Assembly (NCBI GenBank): GCA_000004695.1
Contig: CM000154.2
Coordinates: 768,001 to 832,000 of the forward strand
Reading direction: 5' to 3'
Source of the DNA: Dictyostelium discoideum
Taxonomy: Eukaryota
DNA length: 64,000 nt
In this document: one piece after another, positions 1 to 14,100 of the stretch
Numbering within the stretch: position 1 is the stretch's first letter
How the letters are laid out: each line of letters opens with the position of its first letter
Notes under the pieces: generated by a model
Database searches by the model: none
What the model was told of the DNA's origin: nothing
The model's input: only the letters and a program-made list of their open reading frames with translations
Made by a program: the position numbers and the translations under genes

Positions 1-2093
1 TAAGACATTCCAAATAACTCGCACTTTCTCTTCATAGTATCTTCAATTAATGCCATCAATGTTCTTTCAGTATCTAAATGAATTAAATTTATACTATTTC
101 TCTTTTTAAATAATTGATTTGAAACATCTATAAAATCAATTGATTTATTATATCTAATTGCCTCTGAAATTGCTACTAATCCATCTTTACCAATAAAATT
201 ATATGATAATGAAATATATTTTAATGTTCTAAAAATAAATAAATAAATAAATAAATAAGTAAAATATTATATTAATAATTTAATTAAAATAATTAAAATA
301 AAATTTTAAATTTTTATTAATACATACTTATTATATTTTAAAGCTTCTGCAATTAATTTTGTACCATTATCAGAGATTTGATTAACATTTAAATTTAAAA
401 GTGTTAAAGATTTATTCTCTGTAATTAAAGTTGCAATTGCTGCTGCATCTGAATCCATTAAATTTGGTATGAATGACATTCTTAAATAACCTTCATGACC
501 ATTGATATATAATGATTTCGTATGTGTATTATTATGTAATCCTTGACATATTAATGATAAAGAATTACCATTTAATGGTAAAATTTCTGGAGCTGTATAT
601 TCTTCATCTCCAAATCTATATAATAAAATAAAAATAAATAATTATGTGTGTGTGTGTGTGTGTTAATTATTTATTAATATTAAAAAAAATAAAATAAATA
701 AATAAAAATAAAATTAAAATTAAAATTAACCTACTTAACTCTTGTTCTTTTTTGACAATGATCAGAACTTTCATTTGTATTTTCACCTATTATACAAAGA
801 CTCCAACTTAATTCGGTAAAAGTGGGATCATTAGAAGAAACTCTTTCTACAATTCTACCCACGACTTCAGCGTTGGTTCTAGCATTTGAATGTTTTGCAA
901 TGTTTTTAGTAGTTTGAGAAACTTGAATTGGTAGTTTAAGATAATCACAATCTTCAACCAACTTTTGAAGTGACCAAAATCTATCAGTCGTCGAATTTTG
1001 TTTTAATGAATAACCTGGGCATAATCCATAAATTAAATTATGCCCAATTTCATTACCATTTTTCATCCATGACATTGCATAACTACCTGCTTGTGAACTT
1101 GGTCTAATTAAAAATGATCCCTAATAATTTTTAAAAAAAAAAATAATAAATAAAAAAAATATAAAAAAAAAAATTAATATATATAATAAATTGAATGATT
1201 GAATGATTGAATGATTGGATGAGTAAAAGATTGAAAGAGAGTAAAGTAAAACTTACAGTTGGTTTATTATTTAATAAAGTGATTGCAACATCTCTAGTTG
1301 CTTCCTTATGAAACCAAGGTTGATCTAAATCTTCTGATTTCATATTAAAATCAACCCTACCTAATCCATGATTATTAAATGTTAACTTATTATTTAAATA
1401 TACTTTTGCCATTGAATAGTTATCTTCTTGTTTGGTTCCTATTATTATTTTTATTATTATTTTTGTTTTTTTTTTTTTTTTCCACACATTTAAAAAAAAA
1501 AAAAAAAAGTAAGTAAAATAGGAAAATAATAAAAAATAAAAAAATAAAAACTAACAAAATCATTAATTTATATAAGCCAATGTCACCAAACCCTCAATCT
1601 ATTCAATGTTTCAACTAATGATATTATAATCTTTCAAATATATCACATCAATCAATTTGATCAAATTATTTATTTTATTTATTTATTTATTTTACATACT
1701 TGCAACTAAATCACTATTCCCAAAACCATTCATATGACCATGATGATTATGTGTGAAATGTTGAGTTCCATTAAAGAATGATAAACTTGAACCTGTACTG
1801 TTATGTAGAGGATTGAAAAAAGTTGAAGAAGATGGTGACCCAACAAAATTGTGAGTAGATGGAGTTGATGTTGATAAAATATTATGATTACGACTATTAT
1901 TATTATTTTGGTGGTGGTTGTTGTTATTACTATTATTACTATTACTATTATTACTATTACTATTAATACTATTACTATTATTACTATTATTACTATTATT
2001 ATTACTAAGTGAAATATTAGTAATGGTTAATGTGTCAATTGATAATGTCACATTACCATTACTACTATTTTTGATATCGTTTTTTGATTCCAT
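1..2093 (-). CDS. SH2-domain and leucine-rich-repeat protein (LrrB-like), partial, 3' end beyond window. Exons (minus strand): 1700..2093, 1257..1438, 735..1120, 328..615, <1..228.
   Basis: Spliced translation gives ...WFHKEATRDVAITLLNNKPT|GSFLIRPSSQAGSYAMSWMKNGNEIGHNLIYGL..., a canonical SH2 core (W[FY]H..., GSFLIR, Y-x-S/M). The downstream exons read ...LTLLNLNVNQISDNGTKLIAEALKYNKTLKYISLSYNFIGKDGLVAISEAIRYNKSIDF..., RNI-type LRRs. Donors are GTATGT, GTAAGT and GTAGGT, all acceptors AG, and intron phases are consistent. The N-terminus is Asn/Ser-rich low complexity. Confidence 0.75.
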
Positions 2094-2261
2094 GTTTAAA
2101 TTTGTATATTTATATATAATTAAAATAAAATTTTTTTTGATTTTATTTGTTTTGGTGGATACTATATCATAATAAAGAGTGTGTGTGTGTGTGTGTGTAA
2201 ATGCGTGTTTTTGGGAAAAAGAGAAGAGAGAAAAGAAAAAGAGAAGAGAGAAAAGAAAAAG

Positions 2262-2292
<31 letters not shown>

Positions 2293-2690
2293 TGTATGAA
2301 AATTTTATGAAAGAATAAAGTGATTATTTTGTATTTTTGTTTCTTTTTTTTATTTTTATTTTTATTATTTTTTAGATGATGTCTAAATATTTGCAGAAAA
2401 TTTTTAAAAAAAATAAAAAAAATAATAAAATAATAAAAAAAAAAAACAATAGTGAGGGTGTGAGAAATTTTTTAGAATGAACCACAAATAAATTTAAATT
2501 AAAAACACAAAATGACCTAATTTTAATTATTTATTTAAAAAAAAAAAAAAAAAAAAAAATTAAAAAAAAAAAAAATAAAATAAATAAAAAAATAAAATTA
2601 AAAAAACTATAAAAAAAAAAAAATTAAAAAAAATTAAAAAAAAAAAAATAAAAAAGAAAAATCGTTTTTTTTGATTATTTTTAAAAATTT

Positions 2691-2724
<34 letters not shown>

Positions 2725-3062
2725 GTTAAAGGTTTTAAGAAAAAATGGAAATTTCTTAAAAAAGAAATTTTAAAAAATTTCTTTTCAAATTAAAAAAAAA
2801 TAATTAATTGGTATTAAGTGGTCAAGAAACCTCCAAAAAATTTTTAATTTTTTTTTTTTTTTTTTAACCCCCCCACCCCGGTCAAAAAAACTTTAAAAAA
2901 AAAAAGGCCGATTGGGGGAAAATATTTTTAAAATTTTTTAAAAAAATTAAAAAAAAATCCACCAAAAAATTTTTTTTTTTTTTTTTTTTTTCCCAAAATT
3001 AAATTAAATTAAATTAAATTAAATTATTAAAATTAATTAAAAAAAAAAAAAAATTTATTTCC

Positions 3063-3098
<36 letters not shown>

Positions 3099-3338
3099 CC
3101 CAAAATATAATTCAATGAAGTTTTTTATTTTTAAAAAAAATTTTTTTTTTTTAATTTAATTTTTTTTTTTTTTGAAAATTTTTTTTTTTTAGCCATCAAA
3201 TTATATTTTGAAAATATCTGGTTTTTCAAAAAAAAAAAAGTGTTGATTTTTTAATTTTTTAATTTTTTTTTTTTTTTTTTTTTTTTTTTCATCAATCCCA
3301 TTTGTAACATTAATATATACATATAAAAAAAATAAACC

Positions 3339-4816
<1,478 letters not shown>

Positions 4817-4979
4817 TAATAATAATAATCATCATCAATAATAATAAACAATAATTACATTATGTTATCCCTCAATAAATATATATATAAAATAAAATTT
4901 AAAATAAATAATTTGTTATACTAGAAATTATTTTTTTATTTTTATTTTATTATTTTTTTTAATACTATTATTATTATTA

Positions 4980-5415
4980 TTATTTCTTTCTAACTAATTC
5001 ATTTAAACTTCTTTCTGTATCTGTAATTTGTGCATCAATATATTTACTTTGATTCTATATATGTGTGTGGTGTGGGGTATTGGTTAGTATAATAATTAAT
5101 TTAAAAATAGTATATATATTTATATATATATTAATAACATACAATTAAACCTTTAACATCTTCTTCATCTTTTTGAACTTGTTGTTTTAATTCAGTTTTT
5201 AAAGAGGTCATTGGTGAGATAACAAACATTTTACCAACTGCTTTATAGGTTTTAGTTTCTGATGATAATGATTCTAATTCATTGATTGTAATTAAACATT
5301 TCTTTCTATCATTTTCTGCAATTTGAATACGTTGTTTGATTATATTTAAACTTCTACTTAATGTATATAGTTTTTCACGTGTTTCAAAAAATGCTTGTTT
5401 ATCTAAAATTTCCAT
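4980..5415 (-). CDS. pfdn1: Prefoldin subunit 1 (beta-type). Exons 5143..5415 and 4980..5054.
   Basis: MEILDKQAFFETREKLYTLSRSLNIIKQRIQIAENDRKKCLITINELESLSSETKTYKAVGKMFVISPMTSLKTELKQQVQKDEEDVKGLI|NQSKYIDAQITDTERSLNELVRKK. The coiled-coil/beta-hairpin layout and the KAVGKMFV motif are typical of PFDN1. Donor GTATGT in phase 0, acceptor TATATAG, 88-nt intron. Confidence 0.85.
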
Positions 5416-5610
5416 TATATATTATATTGTTGGTTTTTTTTTATTTTTTATTTTTGATGAAAACAAATTTTAATATCCCAATAGGTGAAAAAAAAAAAAA
5501 AAAAAAATCAAAAAAAGTGAAAAATTTCATTAAAAAAAAAAAAAAAAAAAAAATAAAATTGAAAATAATAACAAATGCAAAAATCAAATCTAAACAAGGG
5601 GTTTAAAAAT

Positions 5611-5650
<40 letters not shown>

Positions 5651-5674
5651 AAATAATATTATTTACAATTAAAT

Positions 5675-6479
5675 TTATTTATTTTCTTTTACTTTTCCTT
5701 TTTTTGGAATTAATTTTTTACTACTGGTTTTCTTCTTTTCTCTTTTCTTTGAATTATTGTCAGACATTTCTTTTAATAGAGTTGAAGCTGGACCAGCAAA
5801 TCCTTGTTGTTCAGTTAAAGATTCTAATAAATTTTTTACAAGATTTAAATTTAAATCAACTTTTTGATTTACTTTATAATTTTCATTATCATCTTCATCA
5901 ACATCTTTGTCATTATTATTAATATTATTATTATTATTATTATTACTTTTTTCAATATCATCAAATTCTTTTGGTAATTTGGTTGACTCCAATTCAAAAG
6001 AAGAAGCAATAATCTTTAAATTTAATTCTTGATCCATTCTTTCCATGTATTGTTTTATGGTTGATTTCTTTAAAAATTCAACATATTGGAATTCTTTTTC
6101 ATCATCATCATCTTCATCTTCATCTTCATATTCTTCAAAACCATCATCTTCATCATCTTCATCATTTTCATCATCTTCATCATCATCTTTGTCATCACTA
6201 TCTTCATAATTATCAATATCTTGGTACATATCATCATCATCGTCATCATCGTCGTCATAATCATCATCATATTTGTTATTATCAGTAAAACCCTTTAGTA
6301 TATCCATGAATTTATTTGAATCAAATGAAATATTATCATCACCACCATTACCATAAGCACTACTTTTAGTTTTATTTTTAGAATTTCCAGATTTTTCGTT
6401 AAATTCTACACCATCAAATGAGGATAGTTGAGAAAGCATTGATTTGAATTGATTCGAAAAATCATTTATTAAATTTGAA

Positions 6480-6565
<86 letters not shown>

Positions 6566-6595
6566 TTCTTTAACTTCTTTTTTACCTTCTTTATT

Positions 6596-6628
<33 letters not shown>

Positions 6629-8026
6629 CTGTTGTTGTTTTTGACGATCATTTTCAAATTCTGTAATTAAATCTTCAAATTTATCAGGATTCTCTTCATT
6701 TAACCAATCATCCTCTGATTCAATTTTACTTTTATCAGATTCTTGTAAAATTTTTATCATTTCATCAACTGATTTTGAATTTGTAACTTGATCAATTAAT
6801 TTATAAATTGATTCTTCTTCTTTATTATTATTATTATTATTATTATTAATATTATTTTTTAAATATTGATTTTTAGCAATTAATAATTTCTCTTTATATA
6901 ATTTTGAACCAATAGTTTCATCATTGAAATAATTATTTGATTTTAATTGTTTTAAATAGTTTAACCAATTCAAATCATCATTGAATCTATGATATGAGGA
7001 TACAGAATTCCTTTTGGATCTATTATAAACCATCTCTAAACCACAAATGATTTTAACACCTAATGATCTTGAATCGTAGGTTGGATGTGAGGGTTTTGGT
7101 AATTGTGGATGAAAATTCTTTGGACTATTCCATTGTTGAAGTTTTAACATTGCATAAAGACAACGAGTGAATCTAATATTGGTTGTTATCAATTGACCTG
7201 AATTACCAAACGAGTCTCTTTCTCTACTCATTGGAAATCTTTTCATTGTGCTAATGGTTTTCATATCATCTGAATCTCTATTATAAAATGTTGTTGTTAT
7301 ATCTGATATTAATTGTGGATATTGATTTAATAAATATCCAATCTCAATTGGTATCGCTGCTAATTTTATTTGATTTTGATCTTTTAAAAAATATTCACCA
7401 TTATAAAATCTAAAAAATGAAAAAATAAAATTAATAAATCTATAAATATATATATATCTAAAATGAAAATGAAAATTAAAATAAAAATAAAATTACCTTT
7501 TTAATCTATTTTTTAAAATTTCATTAATTTCATTTGAAACTTTTGTAATAATATTATTTGAAGATGATGATAATATTGATAAAGCAGTATTTGTATCCAT
7601 TTTATAAGGAATTGTATCTAATTGAGAAGGATCCGAAGGTAATGGTATTATATGAATTTCACCATTTTTTAAGTAAACTCTATTATTAGAATTTGTAGGT
7701 TTTATCCATTTTGGTAATGCTTGAGCAGTTTCAATTAATATAAATTCACCATCATTGTCTTTAATTGAAACAATTAATGATTGAAACTTTTTTGTTAATT
7801 CTAATAAAATATAAACTATAAACCATTCATCATCAATTGATTCTTCAAATTTAGTATTTCCATAAAAATGAATTGGTAGTTGTTGTTGTTGCTGTTGTTT
7901 CTTTTTATGGTCATAAATTTTTAAATTAAATGGTTCTTTTTGCCAAATATAATCTTTAATATAATTTAAAATTAAATATTCTTTAATTTCATTTAATTTA
8001 TTTGTTATAGTGGTATTTTCGTTATT

Positions 8027-8057
<31 letters not shown>

Positions 8058-8221
8058 TTATTATTATTATAATTTATTAAATGAGTGTCAAATATTCTAT
8101 ATTTTACAAAATTAATTTCTTCTTTATGTTTATTATTTAAAATATCATCACCATTATTATAAAAGTCTTCGAAATTATCAACAAACTGTGGAACCGCTCC
8201 ACTATTTTTAGCTTTGTTCAT
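5675..8221 (-). CDS. Ecdysoneless / SGT1-family (ECD) homologue. Exons 7497..8221 and 5675..7419.
   Basis: IWQKEPFNLKIY...FYGNTKFEESIDDEWFIVYILLELTKKFQSLIVSIKDNDGEFILIETAQALPKWIKPTNSNNRVYLKNGEIHIIPLP aligns residue-for-residue with the conserved ECD N-terminal block. FTRCLYAMLKLQQW and the C-terminal LNLVKNLLESLTEQQGFAGPASTLL also match ECD. It has a long D/E acidic tract plus poly-N and poly-Q. The 77-nt intron runs GTAATT...TTTTTTAG in phase 2. The true start is MNKAKNSG at 8221, not the poly-T-derived M of the ORF track. Confidence 0.88.
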
Positions 8222-8457
8222 TGTAATTATTTGAAAAATGAAAATGTGAAAAAAAAAAATAAAAAATAAAAAAAAATAAAAAAAAAAAAATTGAAAAATA
8301 AAATGAAAATTGGAAAGGGGGTACACCATTTAATAAATTTCATTAAAGGAAACCACAAACCCTTTTCCAATTTTTTCTTCATGTTTTAAATTTAATTTTT
8401 TTTAATTTATTGTTTTTTTTTTTTTAAAATGTGTTTTTTATTATTTTTAAAAAAAAA

Positions 8458-8566
8458 ATCATTTGGCAAACACACTTGTTTTAACATTTTCCAAAAAACT
8501 ATTTAAATATATATATTTTTTTTCTAAAAAAAAATATCATTTGACAAACACACTTGTTTTAACATC
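8458..8566 (+). promoter_or_regulatory. Two copies of a 30-nt element, ATCATTTG[G/A]CAAACACACTTGTTTTAACAT, 79 nt apart in the divergent promoter between the ECD homologue and the KAR5/GEX1-like gene.
   Basis: 8458..8487 and 8537..8566 are identical except for one base. Confidence 0.5.
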
Positions 8567-8634
8567 AATAATTTTCAAAATAATTCCATACTCATAATAT
8601 ATAAAATTTTTTTTTTTTTTTTTTTTTTTAATAA

Positions 8635-9986
8635 ATGTTATTTATTTTAAAATTATTATTTTTATTATGTATTATTATTATAAAAATTAATGGAGAATTA
8701 TCAAATTATTATCAATATGAAATTGATAAAAAAATAAATGATAGAATTAATAATGGTAGAGAAAGTTTAGAATCAATTAAAAAGAATTCAATATCAAATA
8801 GATGTTTGGAGGAATGTATGGAAATATTATCAAATGGTTGTAAGGATATGGATGATTTATCAAAGAGTAGATTAGCAGTTAAATTAACCAATTGTCATTT
8901 GGCAAAGAGTGGTCACAAACAGTATCCATGTAGATTTGATATGTCAATACAAGATTGTACATCTAAAATGGATCAAATGGCATTCTCAACCTATACAAAT
9001 TTTTATATATCCACAGAAAATATTTGTTATTATCTATCACAGGAACTATTTCAACAACGTACAGAACAATCAATTAATAATCTTGTTACAAGTACACATA
9101 AAACTCAAACTGTGATTAATATATTACATTCAAAAGCAGATGACATCAATGAACAAGTTGACCTATCATTAAGCAATCAAAAAAAGTTATTACAAAATCA
9201 AAAACAATTAATCGACGATTTAGATAATAGTGCCAACACAATCAATGACATTGGTAAGAAATCCATTGAAATCGAACAATCCATAACTAAACAATCAAGA
9301 CAACAACAACAATTAATCGATTCACATGATCAACTTTCAAAACAATATCATGATCAATCTAAACAATCATTGGAATTAATTAATGAAATTAAACAATCAT
9401 CAGAAACAATGAATCAACAACAAAAACAATCATTAGAAAATCAAAATCATTTAATTCAATTACAATCTCAATCCATTCAATTCATTGAAACCATTGAAAC
9501 CATCACTGATACTTCATTATCAAAATTGAAACAAGTAATAACCTTTCAAGACCAATTATTAGATGGTAATAAAATTATTATTACAATCTTAAATCAATTA
9601 AATTTACTTCAAAATTGGATTTTATCTGAAGTTATTGATTTTAAATCAATTTATTTTTATATTTCAATTTTTTTAATTGTATGTAAATTTTTAAATAAAA
9701 AAAAAAAAAAAAAAAAAAAAAATTATTAACAAAATATTTTAAATTATAATAATAATAAAATGAAAAAAAAAAGATATATTTAATATCATCAACAAAAAGA
9801 ACCAAATCAACAAGAGTACCATTATTAATTGGATTAATTATTGATATTTTTGTTGAAAGATCAATTTGTTCAACAGTTTTATCATCTCCATCAACAACAA
9901 CATCAACATTATTTAATTTATTATCAATTTTATTCAATATTCCAATAATTAAGTTTATAAGGGAAAATTATTTATTATTTACAAAT

Positions 9987-10025
<39 letters not shown>

Positions 10026-10358
10026 GAATTCACAAATATTTTTTCAAATATTGATCAAAGTATACCAACATCAAGAGAAAATATTTATTTAATGATTAAT
10101 AATATTAGAATAATTTTTATAGTTTATTCGTTGGTTATATTATTTTCATCATTTTGGTTTTATAAAGATTATGAAAAAGACAACCACCAAATGTTGGTTA
10201 CAATTTTAAAAACAGTAAAAAAGAGTGAAAAAAAGTATAGCAATTTAAAGAATCTACTTTACGAAAAAGGTTTGCTCGACAAAAATGATAAAAGATTAAA
10301 AGATCATTCTTCTGTTGAAATTACTAAATTAATTGACTCTGTTGATGATAATAATTAA
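8635..10358 (+). CDS. Signal-peptide, Cys-rich, coiled-coil and two-TM protein, candidate KAR5/GEX1/Brambleberry-family nuclear-fusion protein. Exons 8635..9678 and 9774..10358.
   Basis: N-terminal signal peptide MLFILKLLFLLCIIIIKING. A Cys-rich block follows with 7 Cys between RCLEEC and NICYY. A ~180-aa Q-rich coiled coil comes next. The predicted splice (GTATGT donor at 9679, acceptor AG 9772-9773, both phase 0) joins TM1 (IYFYISIFLI|IYLISS) to a second exon carrying a second hydrophobic segment (IRIIFIVYSLVILFSSFWFY) and a short tail. The architecture matches the KAR5/GEX1 family. The family assignment is an inference; the gene model itself is better supported. Confidence 0.6.
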
Positions 10359-10419
10359 TAAAAATGGAATTACAATTTTTAAAATATCTTCACAAAATTT
10401 ACATTTTTACAAAACAAAA

Positions 10420-10456
<37 letters not shown>

Positions 10457-10802
10457 AAAAAATAAATTTACATTTTTTACAAAACAGTCTTCAATAAATT
10501 TTCGGAGATCAAATAACAATATACAATGTTTTTCATTTTACTTTTTTTTCTCTTATCTTTGTTTTATTATAAAAAAATAAATAAATTAAATAAAAAAAAA
10601 AAAAAAAAAAAAAAAAGATTGATCTAAATTTAACTCTAACCCCTTCCCCCACACAAAACTTTAATATTTTTTTTATTTTTTTTTATTTTTTTTTATTTTT
10701 TGATGCTGGTTTAACACCAACCTACTCTATTGTTTAATTTTTGATTTAATTATTATTTTTATTATTATTATTATTATTTTTTTTTTTTTTAACTTTGGGG
10801 GT

Positions 10803-10836
<34 letters not shown>

Positions 10837-11107
10837 AAAAAAAATTTTTTTTTTTTTTCTATATTCACCAAATAGTAAAACTTCTTTTTACTCCCAAGTT
10901 AAATTAATTTATTTTGGGAATTTATGGGTAAGTAAAAAAATTTTATTAATTTTTTTTTTTTTTTAAAAAAAATTAAAAAAATTAAAAATTAAAAATTTTT
11001 TTTTTTAATTTAATTTTTTTGGGAAAAACCCCCCCCATATATTTTTATTTCCAAAAATTTTTTTAAATTTTTTAAAAAAAATTATTATTATTATTTTAAA
11101 ATTAAGA

Positions 11108-11157
<50 letters not shown>

Positions 11158-11160
<3 letters not shown>

Positions 11161-14100
11161 AAATTAAATAAAATAATTTCAAATTATTTATTAATAATAA
11201 TAATTTCATTAATAATAATAACAACATCAACAATTGTTAATGGTTGTAAAGATGTTGTATTAGATTATACAGAAGATGTACCAAGTAGTTCAACTTCAAC
11301 ATGTTTAGGAACAACGCCATCAGTAACATTTAATAATTATCAGGTTTATAGTGTTTTCAAAATTTCACCAACACCAATTTCAATTGCAACCGATGTAAAT
11401 AAAAAGATAGTAACATTTAAATATGATACAACATATACTTTAAATTATAATGTTGGAGAAGGTTGTACAGAAAATACAAAAGCATTTAAATATGATTCAT
11501 TATCACCACCAGTTGCACAATTCACAGTTACTCAAGGAAAATGCTCATACTCTGAAAGTTCCATAACAATAACAAATCCTCAATCAATATCAGAATATGA
11601 ACTTAAATTAATTAATTCTACTAATGGTGGTGGTAATGGTATTATTAAATTAAATTCAACCAATCCAACTGCAACTATAAGTAAAAGTGGTCAATGGATA
11701 TTATCAGATTCTAGTTTAGGTGCTTCATATGAACCATGTGAAAGAGTGATTTCAATTGATCAACCATCAACAGGCTATCCAGAGTTTACAATTACTTCAC
11801 CAAGTTGTTATGGTAATAATGGTTCAATCGTTGTATCATCAGCTACTGCTTCAAGTTTCACTTCAATTACTTTAACAAATACATTGAATGGTAATTTAAT
11901 TACATCATCAAGTGTTGGTTCATTCACTTCACTTGAAAGTGGTAATTATATATTATCATTGACAAGTAATGCTTGTGGAAAACAATTAATTCCTGTAGCC
12001 CTGGATCCAATAATGCCAAGATTAGCATTCACCTACACCGATGTAACATGTCCATCAAAACCAAAGATTAAAGTATCAATTGATGATCCAAATATCCCAT
12101 CCACTGAAACATTTACAATGACAATCAATGGTATTGCATCAATTGATAATCTATTATCACCAATTATCACATTAGAAAATCAAACTTCTCTTCCATTTAC
12201 ATTCTCTTATAAAAATTGTTTATCAAGTTTTTCATTACCAATGAATCAACCACAAATGAATTTAGCATTTTCAATTGATAGCCAAGAGAATTCATTATAC
12301 GATTGCTCATTAACATCATCATCATCGTCGATTAATTTAAATTATGATAAATCAAGTATTACAGATTTAAATGTTAAATTAGTTAATGATGGTAGTACTA
12401 TAACACCAATTGATTCAAATTTAAATAAATATTCAATTAAAACTAATCAACAATTATCAATTTCATCATCATGTTATGTTAATCCATTATTCATTGAATT
12501 ACCACAACCTGAACCAATTATAAATGTTGATGGTGGAATTAATGGAATAGGTTGTTATGAGAATACTACGATTTCAGTTTATAATCATTTAGATTTTTCA
12601 TCAATAAAACTAGTACCATTAGATTCACCAACTACCTCTATACAATTAAATAGTGAAACTGGTCAATTTACAAATATTTATCGTAAATCTTATAATTTAG
12701 TTTACCAATATTGTTCAACATCAATTGAATCAAGTAAATTATTAAATCTTGCAAGTTCAACTTTAACTTCCTCTCAATATATTTTGGAACAAGATAGTAC
12801 TACAAATGATTTAGATTGTAAAACTGGTGGTGTTACTGTAAAAGCAACTTTTATAAAATCAGATTCAACAAAATTAGATCCAATTTATTCTTTTTTTAAT
12901 CCAAATCAAATTACACCAATTCAATTTAAAATCAATGATAATTGTATAATTGATTTAAATTTTAATCAAAATATTACTTTTAATTCAAATTGTAAGTATA
13001 ATACTAAAATTATAAATATTTATTTTAATAATGATTACTAATAATAATAATTGTTTTATGAAAATAGATTTAAATTTAAATAATAAACCAATAATTAAAA
13101 TTAATAATTCAACATGTTTATATTCAAATGATGGATCAATTGAAATTGATGGAAATGGTATTGATATTGGTAGTGTTTTAATTGGTGATCAATTATTTAG
13201 AAAATCTTCAAATGGAGTATATGGTGGTTTAAATGTTGGTAGTTATCAAGTTTCTTTAATTTATAGTACAATTAGTTCAAATCTATTTTGTGGTGGTCAA
13301 AAATATGATGTTGGTACCGTTACCATTGGTTCAATTGATTCTAGTTTTAATGTTGTTGTAAATTCAGTTTCAAATGCTAATTGTCAAACTAATGGTAATG
13401 ATGGTTCAATTACAATTGAAAATCCAACAACATTTAAATCAATTTCAATAGCAAGTGGTGGTGGTGGTGGTACAAATGTTGCAGTTAATGGTGTTTTATC
13501 AAATTTACAATCAGGTTTACATAAAGTTGATTTCGAAAGTATTGATTCAAAATGTAAAGGTTCATTCCCAGTTTTTGTTGGTAGTGCAGGTACAGAACCA
13601 ACTATTACTTTAAATTTAATTCAACCTTCAACATGTTATTCTGATCCTTCAATTTCATCAGTTTCAAATGTTATTGGTGATGGTATTCTCTCTATTGGTA
13701 TATTTAATTCATCAGGTGATAGTACGGAAGTTTCAAAAGTAATTGATGTAAATTCAAATAATTTACAATTCACAAGTCAAACTGGTGCTATACCAATTTC
13801 ACCAGGTAATAAAGTGTTAATCATTTATTCCGGTACATGTGCTTATAGAAAAACTATAACAATTCCACATACCGATCCATCATTATCATATAGTTCAACC
13901 TTTGATTACAATTGTTTTAATCAATTTGAAAATGGTATAATTTCAAGTTCATTAGAATCAAATTTCAATGTTGTTATAAATTCAGTTAAAGTTACAACAA
14001 CAACACCAACACCAACACCAACTACTACAACTTCAATTATTAATAACTCACCATTTGTAATTAATAATTTACAAAGTGGACAATATTCAGCATTAGTTAA

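Noticed and set aside
1918-2172. Plus-strand poly-Leu ORF, and similar homopolymeric ORFs from the track (6061..6288, 6070..6270, 6086..6298, 6469..6657, 16794..17021, 16850..17035, 33236..33457, 33576..34013, 33632..33892, 40045..40418, 58809..59897 fragments).
   Set aside because: They are translations of (AAT/ATT/CAA/GAT)n tracts in other frames, or on the opposite strand of real exons. The composition is low-complexity and each overlaps a well-supported gene.
9641-9937. Minus-strand 98-aa ORF overlapping the KAR5/GEX1-like gene.
   Set aside because: It sits antisense to the intron and exon 2 of a better-supported plus-strand gene, and it is F/Y/N homopolymer-rich.
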